A stretch of DNA of 64,000 nucleotides from an uncultured Acidobacteriota bacterium (lineage in GTDB: Bacteria > Acidobacteriota > Vicinamibacteria > Vicinamibacterales > UBA2999), in NCBI GenBank assembly GCA_963772955.1, contig CAVYZF010000011.1, positions 187,025-251,024 on the forward strand, in the 5' to 3' direction. A program made the translations under genes and the position numbers. The notes under the pieces were generated by a model that saw only the letters and a program-made list of their open reading frames with translations, was not told the DNA's origin and made no database searches. Below are positions 62,963 through 64,000 of the stretch, in pieces (positions within the stretch are counted from its first letter, which is position 1; each line of letters begins with the position of its first letter).

Positions 62963-64000
62963 ATGGCTGTCCAGGACAATGCCCCTCAAGCGGACAAGGA
63001 TCTGACGTCGATAGCCGAGGCGCGATCGCTCGCCCGCGCCGCCCGTCAGGCTCAACCCCTTCTCGCCGAACTCTCGCAGGATCAGATTGATCGCATCGTC
63101 TCGATGATGGCGGAAGCCGTGACCGCTCACGCCGAGGCGCTCGCGCAACTCGCCGTCGATGAAACCAGCTACGGCGTCGTCGCGGACAAGGTCCAGAAGA
63201 ATCTGTTCGCGTCGCGACAGGTCTACGACTTCATCAAGCCGATGAAGACCGTCGGCGTGGTGAATCGGATCGAAGACAGGAAGATTATCGAAATTGCCGA
63301 GCCCTTCGGCGTCGTCGCTGCGATCGTCCCGTCGACAAACCCGACGTCAACTGCGATCTATAAGGTGTTGATCTCCCTGAAAGCGCGCTGCCCCATCGTC
63401 ATCAGTCCGCATCCTTCCGCCGCGCGGTGCATCACGAGAACCGTGGAGATCATGGCGGAGGCGGCGCAGCGTGCTGGTGCGCCGGCTGGAAGCATCGTGT
63501 GGATGAAGACCGTCACGCTCGAGGGTACTCAGGAACTGATGAAGCAGCGCGAGGTCGCGGTGATTCTCGCGACGGGAGGCATGGGACTCGTGCGCGCGGC
63601 GTACAGCGCCGGTAAACCTGCGTACGGCGTGGGTCCGGGCAATGCCCCTTGCTACATCGAGGGTAGTGCCGATCTCGAGAAGGCCGCGAGCGACATCGTC
63701 CTTGGAAAGACCTTCGACTACGGCGTGCTGTGCTCGTCACCGAATTCAGTCGTGGTCGATGAATCAGTGGCCGCCGAGTCGCGTCGCCGCTTCGAGGCCC
63801 GCGGCGGGTATTTCCTCAATCAAGCGGAGATGGACGCGCTGGCGAAGGTGCTCGTCAGCCCGCAGCGCCTTCCGAATCCAGCACTCGTTGGGAAGTCTGC
63901 CCTGTTCATCGCGGGTAAGGCCGGCATTTCGGCGCCTCCGGGGACGACTGTCTTGATCGCTCCCCTGACTGGAGTGGGGCGCGACTATCCGCTATCTATA
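62963..64000 (+). CDS. CoA-acylating aldehyde dehydrogenase (EutE/PduP-like), 5' 346 codons; runs off the window end
   Basis: Absent from the ORF track because it is open at the edge. Manual translation from ATG 62963 gives [31 protein letters not shown]...[23 protein letters not shown]...[11 protein letters not shown]...[15 protein letters not shown], which contains the catalytic Cys motif. Confidence 0.9.
   Translation, partial: MAVQDNAPQADKDLTSIAEARSLARAARQAQPLLAELSQDQIDRIVSMMAEAVTAHAEALAQLAVDETSYGVVADKVQKNLFASRQVYDFIKPMKTVGVVNRIEDRKIIEIAEPFGVVAAIVPSTNPTSTAIYKVLISLKARCPIVISPHPSAARCITRTVEIMAEAAQRAGAPAGSIVWMKTVTLEGTQELMKQREVAVILATGGMGLVRAAYSAGKPAYGVGPGNAPCYIEGSADLEKAASDIVLGKTFDYGVLCSSPNSVVVDESVAAESRRRFEARGGYFLNQAEMDALAKVLVSPQRLPNPALVGKSALFIAGKAGISAPPGTTVLIAPLTGVGRDYPLSI

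Overview
GC-rich chromosomal segment from a diderm bacterium: Lpt, Tol-Pal and BamB-like genes are all present. The proteins resemble Acidobacteriota-like lineages, but that is an impression, not a test. I count about 58 tightly packed protein genes, many with 4-nt ATGA-type overlaps. I found no rRNA, tRNA, CRISPR array, transposase or prophage genes. ORF-track coordinates include the stop codon.

Layout:
- 1-5.1 kb: mutS (partial), tsaB-rimI, DUF465, psd-pssA.
- 5-12.5 kb: a giant NtrY-like sensor kinase, a membrane protein, a frameshifted aminotransferase, and a BamB-like lipoprotein.
- 12.5-20.7 kb: guaA, dnaE, accA, recJ.
- 20.7-30.3 kb: the conserved lptC/lptA-lptB-rpoN-hpf-hprK-rapZ-EIIA(Man)-HPr-EI block, then a cupin.
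- 30.4-36 kb: ssb and tolQ-tolR-tolA-tolB-pal-cpoB on the minus strand.
- 36.1-43.9 kb: recN-miaB-BFN nuclease, parAB, and a fused lptF-lptG.
- 43.9-51.4 kb: xerD coupled to a PHP phosphoesterase, and an amino-sugar / peptidoglycan-recycling cluster.
- 51.4-62 kb: an 11-gene, translationally coupled secretion/pilus operon that mixes T2SS and type IV pilus parts.
- 62.7 kb to the window end: the start of a bacterial microcompartment locus (BMC-H shell protein plus acylating aldehyde dehydrogenase).

Most notable observations:
1. The hybrid secretion operon. Its secretin carries an N-terminal lipobox and TPR module and a C-terminal cohesin-like domain. A Big/PKD lipoprotein and an RGG-tailed pseudopilin are embedded in the operon.
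2. The truncated BMC locus.
3. Fused or possibly fused Lpt components: LptF-LptG in one ORF, and LptC/LptA-like parts separated only by a 1-nt frame change.
4. A dispersed family of C-poor tandem heptamers (TGGGAGT and TGATTGT types) at gene boundaries.
5. Three apparent single-base frameshifts. Two have the same C-T-GTAC context.
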